Assembly (NCBI GenBank): GCA_002269645.1
Contig: NIVC01000166.1
Span: forward strand, 310,001 to 374,000
Direction of reading: 5' to 3'
Source of the DNA: Macrostomum lignano
Taxonomy: Eukaryota
Length of the DNA: 64,000 bases
Shown here: positions 25,201 to 35,884 of the stretch, in pieces
Position numbering within the stretch: position 1 is the stretch's first letter
Layout: every line of letters begins with the position of its first letter
Made by a program: the position numbers and the translations under genes
The notes under the pieces: generated by a model
The model's database searches: none
What the model saw: only the letters and a program-made list of their open reading frames with translations
What the model was told of the DNA's origin: nothing

Positions 25201-28200
25201 ATCATCACCATGCTGGAGTTCAACCTGTTCGGCTTTCCCTACAACGGCGCCGATATTTGCGGCTTCGTGTACGACGCCACGAGAGAGATGTGCATCAGGT
25301 GGACTCAGCTCGGCGCCTTCTATCCGTTTAGCCGGAATCATAACATCAAGGAAGCGGATGGAGTCAGGACTAGGGTGCGTGCTGGCACTGCTGCTTCGTC
25401 CACTATTTATAATATGTCTAAATATCGATTCCCCGACTCTTAACTAACTTAACTATAGGATCAAGATCCAGCCTCTTGGGACGCAGAAGCCCAGAAGATA
25501 ATGAAGGACGCGCTGTTTTTCCGCTACAAATACCTGCCCTACTTGTACACGCTGTTTCACTACGCTCATACCAATGGTGCCACGGTTGTACGAAGTCTGG
25601 CACACGAGTGAGATCTTTTTACCGGCTTACGTTTATTAAAAAATATTTATTGATTGCAGTCAATTAAAGAGTATGGGCAATCGAGATCATAGGCCTATTC
25701 AATTCAAAGATAAGTTTGGCCATAGATGATTTACAAGTCAAACTGGGCCTTTTAAAATCTTGACCATGGAGAACTTTTTCTTGGAAAATCCTGACCATAG
25801 ACAATCTGGATATAGTAAAATCCTGACCATAGACAATCTGGGCTTAGTAAAATCCTGACCATAGACAGTCTGGGCTTAGTAAAATCCTGACCATAGACAG
25901 TCTGGGCTTAGTAAAATCCTGACCATAGACAATCTGGGCTTAGTAAAATCCTGACCATAGACAATCTGGATATAGTAAAATCCTGACCATAGACAATCTG
26001 GGCTTAGTAAAATCCTGATGACCATAGACAATCTGGGCTTAGTAAAATCCTGACCATAGACAATCTGGATATAGTAAAATCCTGACCATAGACAATCTGG
26101 GCTTAGTAAAATCCTGATGACCATAGACAATCTGGGCTTAGTAAAATCCTGACCATAGACAATCTGGATATAGTAAAATCCTGACCATAGACAATCTGGG
26201 CTTAGTAAAATCCTGATGACCATAGACAATCTGGGCTTAGTAAAATCCTGACCATAGACAATCTGGATATAGTAAAATCCTGACCATAGACAATCTGGGC
26301 TTAGTAAAATCCTGATGACCATAGACAATCTGGGCTTAGTAAAATCCTGACCATAGACAATCTGGATATAGTAAAATCCTGACCATAGACAATCTGGGCT
26401 TAGTAAAATCCTGATGACCATAGACAATCTGGGCTTAGTAAAATCCTGACCATAGACAATCTGGATATAGTAAAATCCTGACCATAGACAATCTGTGTCT
26501 AGTAAAATCCTTACCATAAACAATCTGGATCTAGTAAAATCGTGTTCACATCGTGATCGTATGTTATCTGAAATTAGTAAAATTTTAGCCATCAGACAAT
26601 CGGGGTCAAAGCTATATAGTTGGGATATATTAGAACATTATAGGTACAGTAACTCTAGAGTGGTTCGTACACTGGACACTGGACAGTACATTGAATTATG
26701 GAAAAAAATTACTAAAGAACCATTCGAACTTTTCAGATTTCCTAACGACACCGCAGCTGTACGCATTGATGAGCAATTTTTATGGGGCAGCGCTATGCTC
26801 ATCTCACCCGTACTGTCGCCCGCAAAACTCAGTATCCAAGCCTATCTGCCTCCCGAAGACGGTTGGTACGACGCTTACACTGTGAGTATTGAATTTTTGT
26901 GGCTTGTTACGACTTTTTCAGTAGAAAACCTACTATGGGTCCTCAGTAGGAAAGTGTCAGTTGGGTCCTCATGGGGTTAATCATGGGGTTAATGTAGCCT
27001 AGTGGTTAGAGCATCTGACTCACGACTTGAAGGTCGAGGGTTCAACTCCCTAATCCCACTGGAATAATTTGCATCCTTGAGTATGACAATTAACTCCTCT
27101 GCATTAATTTGCTTAAGTTCACCCAGCCGTAAAATGGGTGCCAGCATTAGCTGGGGTAATTGAGGGTGTGTGGGGCGACCCCCAGTCCTTGGACTGAACA
27201 GCCGTACGCAGCCTTCAGATGCACCGCGCTATAGCTGCGGCTGAGCTGTGGGTTGCACATCTGGCCCAATTATTTATAAACGAGGCTTTAGGACATTTTT
27301 TCCAAAGTTCTACTATAAGTAAAGTACAAAAACTTTAGTTTGCATTTTTAAAAAAAACCTAAATATATTGTGACGTATTTTTGCAAAAAAACATATTCAT
27401 GCAGGGCGAAGAAGTTCAAGAAACCGGCTTTGTGATGTTGGACGCCCCGCTGGAGCATATCAACGTTCACATTAGGAAGGGATTTATTTTGCCTTGGCAG
27501 ACTCCTAGCACCACGACTGTTAGCAGGTTAGGAATTGGCCCAAATTATTTGATCTGAACTGCTCTTAACTGCGCTGAATGCCATGTAGATTATCGTTGTA
27601 TTACAGTCTGTGTCATTCACTCTAGATCATAGCTGAAGGCTTTGGTAGTACACAATATAGGTACAATGTGATAATGCAACAATGATAAACATATAGTTAT
27701 AAACAGCTTTTAGGCCTATAAAAACAGCTTTGGTCATCGGAAAGACTATATAGATCTAGCTGGAGATCATAGATCACAGACGAGGTCATACATGAAGGTC
27801 ATAGTATTTGTGGACAGTATAGGTCATAGAAAAAGCTTTGGTCATAGATGGTATAGGTAATAAAAATTGCTTTGATCACAGACAGCGTAAGTCATAGAAA
27901 AAGATTTGGTCATTAGATTCATGTTGTCACAACAGCCTTGTTCATTATAATAATATGTCGCTGGCAGTCTGTAGGCATTGTCAAAAAGGCCCATTTACAT
28001 TTCAGCCGCCAGAATGGCCTGGGTCTCCTAGTCGCTGCCAAGCAATTGCCCAGCTCAAACCTAAAAGCTACCGGCAGCCTCTTCTGGGACGATGGAGAGA
28101 GCTTTGGTGAGTGGCCGTGAATATCCCTATTCCTGTCGAGTGTTCTATCGACAAAAAGTACTATTTACACTATTTTCATTACAGAAACCTACACTGCTAA

Positions 28201-29416
28201 GAAATTTATTTTGCACGAATTTGAGCTGAGCACCGATGAGGTATGTTTGATTCAATAATCTACATGTACACTTAAAATTAAAAATTATTATCAGAACGCT
28301 TTCGTTATAATTAGGAATTAAATAGGGCAAGTCGCGCGAGATAGGAATCAGGATTTTCTCTGATGCAAATCGAATGATTAATCCGGTCTGGATCAGGATT
28401 TTTCTCTGAACAGGACCGCGGAGCCTTTGAATTTTGAGCGCAGCAGCCTTTGAGCAGAGCTGATGTCCATGACGTCCTGCGGGCGGCGGACACTAAAATG
28501 AACTAGAGTTCGTAGAGTACAAGCTAAACCACATACATGTAGCTGCTGGTCTCAGCCAAGAATTCTAAATATCTGAGATACATATCGAGATACATAAAAT
28601 ATTTCATGAGGTCACGTGATTGAAGGGGCCAGCCTTTGTAAACTTACTAAGTGTGTTCACTGTGTGCTATTGTGCTTCACTTTGAGTTTATAAACTCTTA
28701 TCGTAATGTACATGTGAATGTGCATCGTATATACAGGCTATACTACATTGATTTGTTCGTCTGTTTTCAGACTAGCGGTAACCACGTGCTGGTCATTCGG
28801 ACACCTTTCAATGGCTACAAAGATCCGAACTCTTTGAAGTTTGAAAATATCACAATACTTGGCTTTGACACGTCGAAGGACTGGTCGGTCAGCGTCAACT
28901 CTGAGCAGCATAGCGGGGTAATAAAAATTTATTCCTTTCTATGTTGCCTCCCCGACGGGGGCGCAAATTGCTAGTCCATATACTAAAAAGGAATTTCAGC
29001 TTTGTTCTAATTGTGTGATTCACACGATTTTTTCTCGTACATGTACTTCAAACCAATACATGTGCAATGTATGTAATACCAGCGTCACACCGTTATCAAA
29101 CGATTTCTGTGCGATCGCTTCTGTGGGTCAAAAAAGGTTCAAAATTGAACTTCAAGTATAGTATAACTGATGATTTGAATATAACAAATCAATTCAAGAA
29201 TTTTATGAATTTGCCTTGCAGATTCGAGTTAATCCCAATCGGAAGACGTTGATCCTTGATTCTCTGTCGCTGCCGCTCGGCCAGAGTCACAGCATCACTT
29301 TTGCCGTCCGTTCTGCCGGCACTGCCGTTGCCTCGGTCATTGCGGTGGCTATTTGTGCTCTTCTGAGCACCGCCGTCACTGGAAACAATCGCTGGTCTTT
29401 GGCTATTTTAAATTAA
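19210..29416 (+). CDS. Glycoside hydrolase family 31 alpha-glucosidase (GAA/MGAM/sucrase-isomaltase type); exons 19210-19367, 19868-20084, 20648-20977, 21046-21139, 21763-21998, 22092-22223, 22917-23168, 23910-24006, 24094-24211, 25071-25374, 25459-25607, 26737-26881, 27405-27526, 28006-28106, 28185-28240, 28771-28917, 29222-29416; ~950 aa
   Basis: Signal peptide-like N-terminus, P/trefoil-like CFPE...RCEQRKCEY...[29 protein letters not shown], catalytic WI|[56 protein letters not shown]. All 16 introns GT-AG with consistent phases; 2853 nt total. GAA versus MGAM/SI orthology cannot be decided here. Confidence 0.95.
19524..19756. mobile_element. hAT-type MITE, 233 bp, in GH31 intron 1
   Basis: Termini CAGTGGCGGAT...ATCCGCCCCTG; perfect 8-bp TSD GCTATACT at 19516-19523 and 19757-19764. 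Confidence 0.9.
21360..21662. repeat. 40-bp minisatellite in GH31 intron 4
   Basis: Unit ACAACTCAATGGTTACCAAGACACCTRAACATCTCTATCA. Confidence 0.9.
22340..22762. repeat. 48-bp minisatellite in GH31 intron 6
   Basis: Unit TGTACATTGGTAGTGAGGCTGGCTGGACATCTGTACATTGTAGAGATC. Confidence 0.95.
23576..23785 (+). mobile_element. tRNA-derived SINE, family B (3'-truncated)
   Basis: CCTAGTGGTTAGAGCGTC, GGTTCGATTC, TCCTTGAGCAAGAC; ends after CAGCCGTACGCA. Confidence 0.8.
24352..25035. repeat. 26/28-bp minisatellite in GH31 intron 9
   Basis: Unit CAGTTGGGTCCTCAGTA(TA)GGATAGTGT. Confidence 0.95.
25785..26535. repeat. 32-bp minisatellite with 99-bp higher-order unit in GH31 intron 11
   Basis: Unit GTAAAATCCTGACCATAGACAATCTGGGCTTA; 32+32+35 trimers give the 33-aa repeat seen in the ORF track. 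Confidence 0.95.
26985..27280 (+). mobile_element. tRNA-derived SINE, family B
   Basis: TAGCCTAGTGGTTAGAGC A box, GGTTCAACTCC B box, same body as the other copies. Confidence 0.85.
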
Positions 29417-29917
29417 ATCGACTGCTGCTGATAGAATTGACTCGCGATTTCGTGTCATGATCGAATGAAAGCACCAAGGAATCATACATGTATTCTCTTA
29501 GTTCATAGAATACTGACAAGGTATATAGTGATCAATGGTAACGATGGCTATATACGATGATTCTAAATCAATTTTTACTATTTAAAATTTCGAATGCATA
29601 TCATACAGAAATTGATTAATTTCAAACTTAAATATACATTAATAAAGAAGAAGCCTAGCGTTGTTTTCGTTTATTAATTGATTTGCCATCTCAAAAAACT
29701 TTATGAAATAACTTTTTTATGATAGTGGTGCCAATGCCATGTAGGCTAGTGGCGTAAATGTTGTTTAGACAAAATTTTAAGTTCAGTGGTTGATGACCAA
29801 ATTCGTCCTTACAGAACATTTTTAGATGCAAATTTTACCGGTACATGAGAAGCGATATGTTGAGAGCGCGCGTCGAGGAATAGCAAAAAGAAAAATCAAC
29901 CGAATATTTTGACTTGT

Positions 29918-30721
29918 TGTCACGATTATTGATGTAGTGGCTAGCTATGGCTATGACCCTTAAAAGGGCCGTTTTGACGAGAGTTGCAGTAAGTCTTAGT
30001 TCCAAAATAAATCAAAGTCAATTCTTGCAAGCGGATTGTGTAGCGGAGCACTTGGCGATAAAGGCAGGAAACTGCCGTAGTTGTTTTTATTGTTGAGATC
30101 AATATTAGGATTGGTTATTACTGTCAATACACAAACTATAGCTTTCTGGGCACTGGCGGCTGCAACAATGGTTTTTTGAAGATAATTAGAATATGAAGTC
30201 GAGTGGCAGACGAATGATGCAATGGCGACGCAACGTGATGAGCAATGGCGATGAGCACGGTGAAGGTAGTGAGTAGCAGTAGGCAGGCAGATGAGTAGTG
30301 GCGAGATTGGCGTTAGCCGTGGCAGTACACAGTGAAGTAGTGTGTAAACAGGCTGGCCCAGACAGAGGGGCCGTGGCGAGAGATAAGGAGGCTCGAGGCA
30401 GCCAGACAAGAGAAGAACGCGAGAACCAGACAAGTGGAGGCCCCAGCCCGCCAGGCGAGGGTTAATAAAGGAGCGCAGAGGGGGGGGGGTAGCGCGAAGC
30501 ACGAGTGGTTTCATTGGCTGGCTAAAGAACTTAAAATTATCGATCGTGCAAGTTTTCTACGGTCGCATGAAAGGATAGCAAAGTACGCAGTGAATTAGCA
30601 ACAGGCACAGATTCGTTGGGCACTACTACAAGTAAACGTTAAAATAAACGATTGGAGAAATTGTAGAGGAGCTACAGTCCAACGGCCCTTTTCGGGACCA
30701 CTTTAAACTGGCAACGTCACA
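29918..30721 (-). mobile_element. Solo LTR (Gypsy-like), 804 bp
   Basis: Termini TGTCACG...CGTCACA, 4-bp TSD TTGT at 29914-29917 and 30722-30725; shares ATTGGC.GGCT, AAATTATCGATCG, TTGGGCACTACT, AACGGCCCTT and AAACTG.CAACGTCACA with the 17264 LTR. Confidence 0.85.
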
Positions 30722-32381
30722 TTGTTTTCTCGCTGCTGCGACGTCACAGGATCAATTTAATATACGGGGAGCGGGCCGCAACCCCAGGAAACGACAGTAT
30801 AATGTACGTACATGTATAGATGTTCGCGCTCAGCTCGTATACATGTTTTCAACAGATGCCATGAGGAGCCCAAAAAGGTAATTTTTCTCATAATATGACT
30901 GATCTACCCCCTATATATTGTGGCGGCCCGACAAGTGGCCCTCTGGAGAGCAGGGCCCTCTTGTACGCAGGCGCGCTGTACGCCTGCATGTGAACTGGGT
31001 GATCGAGTTTTGGCCATTCAGCCAGGACAGCTCTCGATCTGACTCGATCACTCCTCCTTATTCTTTGGCGCTTATAAAGAACTATGCCTAACAAATATAC
31101 TCGAAAAATCTAGTTTTTTGCTCACTTGCAACATTTCAACTGCCAATCGCAAGTCTCTTCTAATTGTTTTTAAACATTTAGCCAAATCGTAAAAATATAT
31201 TATGCATCGACATACATGTAGCTTTTGCTTTTGGCACAATAAAGCAAACCATACATATGTATAGGTATGTACTATGCACGAAATCGAAATGTTTACATTG
31301 CACATAGGCCTATCATAAACCTGAAATATCACAAATCCGAAAAATCGACCATAACTCTAAAAACCAAAATAGACCGTTTGGGTGTTGCTAGCTAGCACTT
31401 TTGAACTTATTGATATTTCAGCTAGGTTTTGTGATATTTTGCGTTTGGGATGGGAAGTGCTATCTCGGTGCTTTGATTTTTCGAGTTTGTGAGCCCCTCC
31501 GCCACAAGGATTGGTGTACATAGAAACCGGGTTTTTTTAAGAATAAAAGCACATATTTAAACAAATCTTATTAAGTAACAAAGCATCTGTCACAGTGTAG
31601 TTTACAAATGGAAAACTAGTTAATAGAAATAAATTATTTAAAAGCGAGGTACTAGTAAATTAAGTAACTATAAGAAACATAATTTGTAATATTTTCATAG
31701 AACTCGTTCATAATTTTGTTTGTTGTTGAGGGGTTGAGGCTGACTAACTGTCAGTATCAGATCAGTAGAGGTGACTGTTAGCTGTTCATATTACTGGATT
31801 ACCATTTAGAGTTTAATAAAACATTGCATATTTCCTTATGGGGCATCTTCTCCATAGAGGGTACTCTTCAATCTTAAAGTACAAAGGCTAGCTGCCTAGC
31901 TAGCCTAGCTATAGGCCTAGGCGCATAGGCGGCCTAGGCTAGGCCTAAGGTCAAGGGGATGCAAAGAGGTGAAGTGGGATCTGGATGCAGGAAGAGGCCC
32001 ATGTTGTGAAAGTAAAATAAAGTTTAAGTATTCTAGTTGTATTCTAGAACTAAATCATAAACCCTCAATATTTCTGTTTTTTAATTTTACGTCAAATCTA
32101 GTAGGGGGGGGGGCTATGCCTTAGTATTAGACAAATTATGCAAATTAACCTAGGAATATTTCAGTATTTCACCAATTAATATACTATCTTTGTATTATTG
32201 ATTCAAGTTTAATGCTAGGCCCTAAAAATGCTATTTAATCAATATAAATCTGTCATTATTTATCTATTCATCTATGTATTATTATCATATCAGTATTACT
32301 ATTAGTTATAAAATAATAAAATATTAATTATAAATTTGTTTTTCATTGCATTAACTAGGCCAGGGCCTATAGCAAAAAGCC

Positions 32382-32674
32382 CATGCATATGCAACCTCCA
32401 AAATTTGGTCAGCCGTGCGACTTAGTTTTAACAATGACAACAAGAATGCGACATAGTTTTTGGCCAAAAATGCAACTTACATGTAAAAAACCCTGAAGCA
32501 AAATTAACACAACTTTGGTTAAACAACAGGAGTAACTATGACTGTCTTATTAAGCCAAAATGCCTCATCAGCTACTTAGGGTATTTTTTGGGTGGGCATT
32601 TTTGCGACTTCCTTGGTTAGCCGCCAAATTGGTCGGCCAGATCGGCCAACTTGGCCAACTGTTGCGCATGTATG
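32382..32674 (-). mobile_element. CATACATGCGCAAC-TIR MITE (inverted copy)
   Basis: Reverse complement of the 43769-44066 element; flanks AAAAAGCC / AGAAAGCC (7/8 TSD). Confidence 0.85.
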
Positions 32675-32908
32675 AGAAAGCCCATAGTCCAAAAGCAAAA
32701 GGTAGCCTTCATCTCAAATAGCTAAGTTCAGGCTTAATCCTATAGTTTGGATCATGTATTAATATATGCTACCCCCGGCCTGTTTGTCTGTGGCCCAAAC
32801 TCCAGTAAACCACCTCAGTCTTTGTCTCTCTCTCCTCAGTAATCCCTCTCTCCTTTCAATGCCTTTTTTGTCTATGGCCCCACTGAAATTCGACAATGCG
32901 GTTATTCA

Positions 32909-32995
32909 TAAGTGAGACTTTAGGATAATAGATCGGCTCATGAGTGCGCACAGCGTACGAGTGAGCATAGGACTATTATCCTAAAGTCTCACTTA
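32909..32995. mobile_element. Tiny hairpin MITE (87 bp, 23-bp perfect inverted arms)
   Basis: TAAGTGAGACTTTAGGATAATAG ... CTATTATCCTAAAGTCTCACTTA; the terminal TA may be a TA TSD. Confidence 0.7.
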
Positions 32996-33450
32996 CAAAT
33001 AACCAACCATTGTCAGGAAGGTGTCTAGGGCCTACTGGTTGCTAGGGCCTAAAATTTTTGGGCCAAAGTTATAAAATTTATAAAAGTATGCAAAAAATTG
33101 GAAATTTGACTTTGTTATATATGCCAAAATTTCAAAATGATGCCACTTTACTTTTGTGCTGCAATAATAGAACCCTTTTTACATTATGATATAAAGGATT
33201 TTTTTCTATTGTTATATTTGATATATACATATATATATTATAATAAAATAAGTTTCATGACTATTCCTCCTTTACGTCAACAACTTATAATTATACAAAC
33301 TTCTTATACCTAAATCTCTAAAATACCGGGTGTCCAGATTGAACGGAAACGAAACTGATTTTTTGAATATTTTTTACAATTTCTCAGCAAGACAAGCAGC
33401 TGTACCATTTATTTTTGACAACAGTAAACAGGAAGGTGTCAGCATTGTTC

Positions 33451-34833
33451 TCATTCAAAATGGCCACCATTGGCCGCGATCACGCGCTCCAGCCTCTTCC
33501 TGAACTGCTGGCATACCTTCCTCACATAGTTGGTGTCCATTCTCTCCCATGCCAGCCGAACAGCAGCCTGCAGCGCTTTCACACTGCTGTGGCAAGATCT
33601 GCAGGCCTCGCTCTCCACACGCTGCCAGATAGAGAAGTCCAGCGGATTCAGGTCCTGACTGGAGGGCGGCCACATTGTCTTCGGCCAGAAGTTCGCCATG
33701 TTGTCCGCCAAGAACTGCTGGGTTGTGGCCGCTGTGTGAGCCGGAGCACCATCCTGCTGCCACACGTACTGTCTATCAGGGTACTGCTGACATAGCCAAG
33801 GCAGCACGTGCTGCTGCTGCAGCTGCTGGTACTGGGGTTTTTTTGTCCATAACTTGGGTGCAATTTCGCACCCTGTGCTAGATTTCAGGGTGCGATTTTC
33901 AAGACCAGGATGCGCTGCACTGCTGCAGACAAAAACTGGTCTAATACTAATAGTGTTTCAAAGTTTTTGTCCATCCAAACCATCCAATGATGATCCAAAT
34001 TCCAAATTCCAAACGCATATCCATAACAGTCCATAACAGTAAAACACTAAATTGTAAAACCCGCATCACATCCTTGCAAAAATTTAGGTGCACTTTTCGC
34101 ACCCTGAGTCAAATTTTAGGGTGCGATTTTTAAGACCAGGATGCTATTCGCACCCATTCGCACAAAAAAAAACCCAGTGCTGGTAGCATGCAGCATTCAC
34201 TTTGGTGCCTGGGTTGATGAAAATGGGGGGACACCTCCGTCCATCGCTCGCAACAACGCCCAGCATCATGATGGAGGCCGGGTGCTTAGACTTCATACTG
34301 TACTTCACGTGGGCAGGTGTGTCCGCACTGCTGGCGGCGCTGATGTAGCGAGTGTTGCGCCTGTTCATGGCTTGGTCACAGGTGAACAGTTTCTCGTCGC
34401 TGAACACGCGCACCAGCGAGCCGTGGTTCTTCACCCACGTGAGCAACTGCCTGCACCGCTTGAGACACAACACCTGCTTCGAAGTGATGAGGTTCTTCGG
34501 CACCACCGCCCTGGACACCATGCCGAGGTCTTCTTTGACGAGCTCCGACATTGTCGTCTTGCTCATGTCATGCTCACGTGCCAGTCGGCGAATCGACCTT
34601 CGGGGATTTCGGTTGACCTTCGCCCGGACGGCTGCGACGGTCTTCTTTGTCCTTTTTGTCCTCGGATGACCACCCCCATGTCTTTTGGTGACATCTCCTG
34701 TGTCGTTCAGCAGCTTCCTCACAGTGAAAATCCTCTTTCTGCTCACATTGAGCACTTCTCTGATGTCGCTAGTTGACTTTCCAGCGCAAAGTAATTCAGC
34801 AATTGCTCGTCTTTGAGCCTCGTGCTCAGCCAT
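33451..34833 (-). pseudogene. DD37D transposase (~342 aa reconstructed), interrupted by a MITE
   Basis: Likely start MAEHEAQRRAI (34833), HTH region, VFSDEKLF, WQQDGAPAH, SSQDLNPLD; 37 residues counted between the second and third D. Removing the insert plus one TSD copy restores ...CYQQLQQQHVLPWL in frame. Confidence 0.9.
33832..34177. mobile_element. 346-bp MITE inserted in the transposase
   Basis: TIR CTGGG(G)T7-9GT...AC A7-9 CCCAG; direct repeat TGCTGGTA at 33824-33831 and 34178-34185 (8-bp TSD, or 6-bp GCTGGT if the TIR includes the A/T); internal ~58-bp direct repeat with GGGTGCGA/TCGCACCC motifs. Confidence 0.9.
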
Positions 34834-35354
34834 GGTTAGGAATAAAGCTGCAAGAGTGGATGTATTAAATTCTGTAATTTCTGCTGGTTCTGACACCCGT
34901 GCAAAATTTTGAATTTTGCGAAAGATTACGTAATTAACAACATTTTAAGCAGCGTTTCCGTTCAATCCAGACACCCAGTAGACATTATCACATTCCAGTA
35001 ACACTCTTTTATTTGCAAAACAAAATTATCTCTTAGGCTAACCACTACCTTTTCTTTGATTTGAATTATTCTATATTTTATTATAAAATTTATTATAGAA
35101 TTTGGAGGCATGGGGACCATATCCATATATTAATATCCCTTTTGGCTTTTACTCCTATATTGGACTTGATAGTAATGAAAATAATAATAGAGACATTAGA
35201 AAAAAACAAATGAATATTTATCAAATAGACTAGATAGTAAATTAAAAATTCTAGAATTAAGACTCCAATTTTAGGCCTATGTTAATAAACTAATACAAAG
35301 CCGGCTTTTTCTTTGAGAAATTAGTTTCGGCACCAAACTACCCCTCTGATTTAC

Positions 35355-35585
35355 ACTGGCCATGCTACTTACTTTTTGGCCAACAATGCAACTTACCTTT
35401 AAAATTAACCTAAGCAAAATTAATGTAATTTTGGTTAGACGGCAGGAGTAACTATAAGTGTATTATTAAGGTTAAATGCCTTGCCAGCTAATTTGTACTA
35501 CATAAATCTCTGTGGGCATCTTTGTGACTTTCTTGACAGGGCCCCTCGCAGACAGGCTGTATTGGCCAGGTGTTGCGCTTGTATT
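35355..35585 (-). mobile_element. Degenerate CATACATGCGCAAC-family MITE
   Basis: TTTTTGGCCAA..ATGCAACTTAC, GCAAAATTAA, GGCAGGAGTAACTAT and GTTGCGCTTGTAT align with the 32382 copy. Confidence 0.6.
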
Positions 35586-35884
35586 CTTAGTATGTAATGA
35601 GTTATGCAAGCTGCACAAAGTGTATTACTACTTTTAGTATTGTAAAAGCATTTCTGCTTCACCAACCTGCCCTATTGAATCGGCACTATCAATCATTTCT
35701 TCACATTGTTTTATTATGCAATTGGCATCTCTAATGCTTGTCAGAGCTGCTCTGTAAATCTGTAGAGCTGCAGATCTACAAGCCTTACACAAGCAGAAGA
35801 CCGTTGAATAGAAAAAGAAAGGATAAAAAAGCAGAAAGCAGGCAACAATCGGCGGCTGTGGCAGGCCGCCAAGGCCCCAATTTT

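Larger units (their letters stand above)
33326..34978 (-). mobile_element. Tc1/mariner superfamily DD37D (maT) transposon
   Basis: 26-bp TIRs with 3 mismatches (CCGGGTGTCCAGATTGAACGGAAACG), TA TSDs at 33324-25 and 34979-80; ~1.3 kb once the internal MITE is removed. Confidence 0.93.

Noticed and set aside
22257-26592. Repeat-derived ORFs in GH31 introns (48-bp and 99-bp units)
   Set aside because: They fall within introns defined by conserved GH31 exon junctions.
11463-27280. tRNA genes
   Set aside because: A/B boxes continue into a shared non-tRNA body and AT-rich tail in five diverged copies; they are SINE heads without a full cloverleaf.
17264-30721. A single LTR retrotransposon that captured the GH31 gene
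   Set aside because: Each LTR has its own distinct TSD, and they differ in length and sequence, so they are independent solo LTRs.
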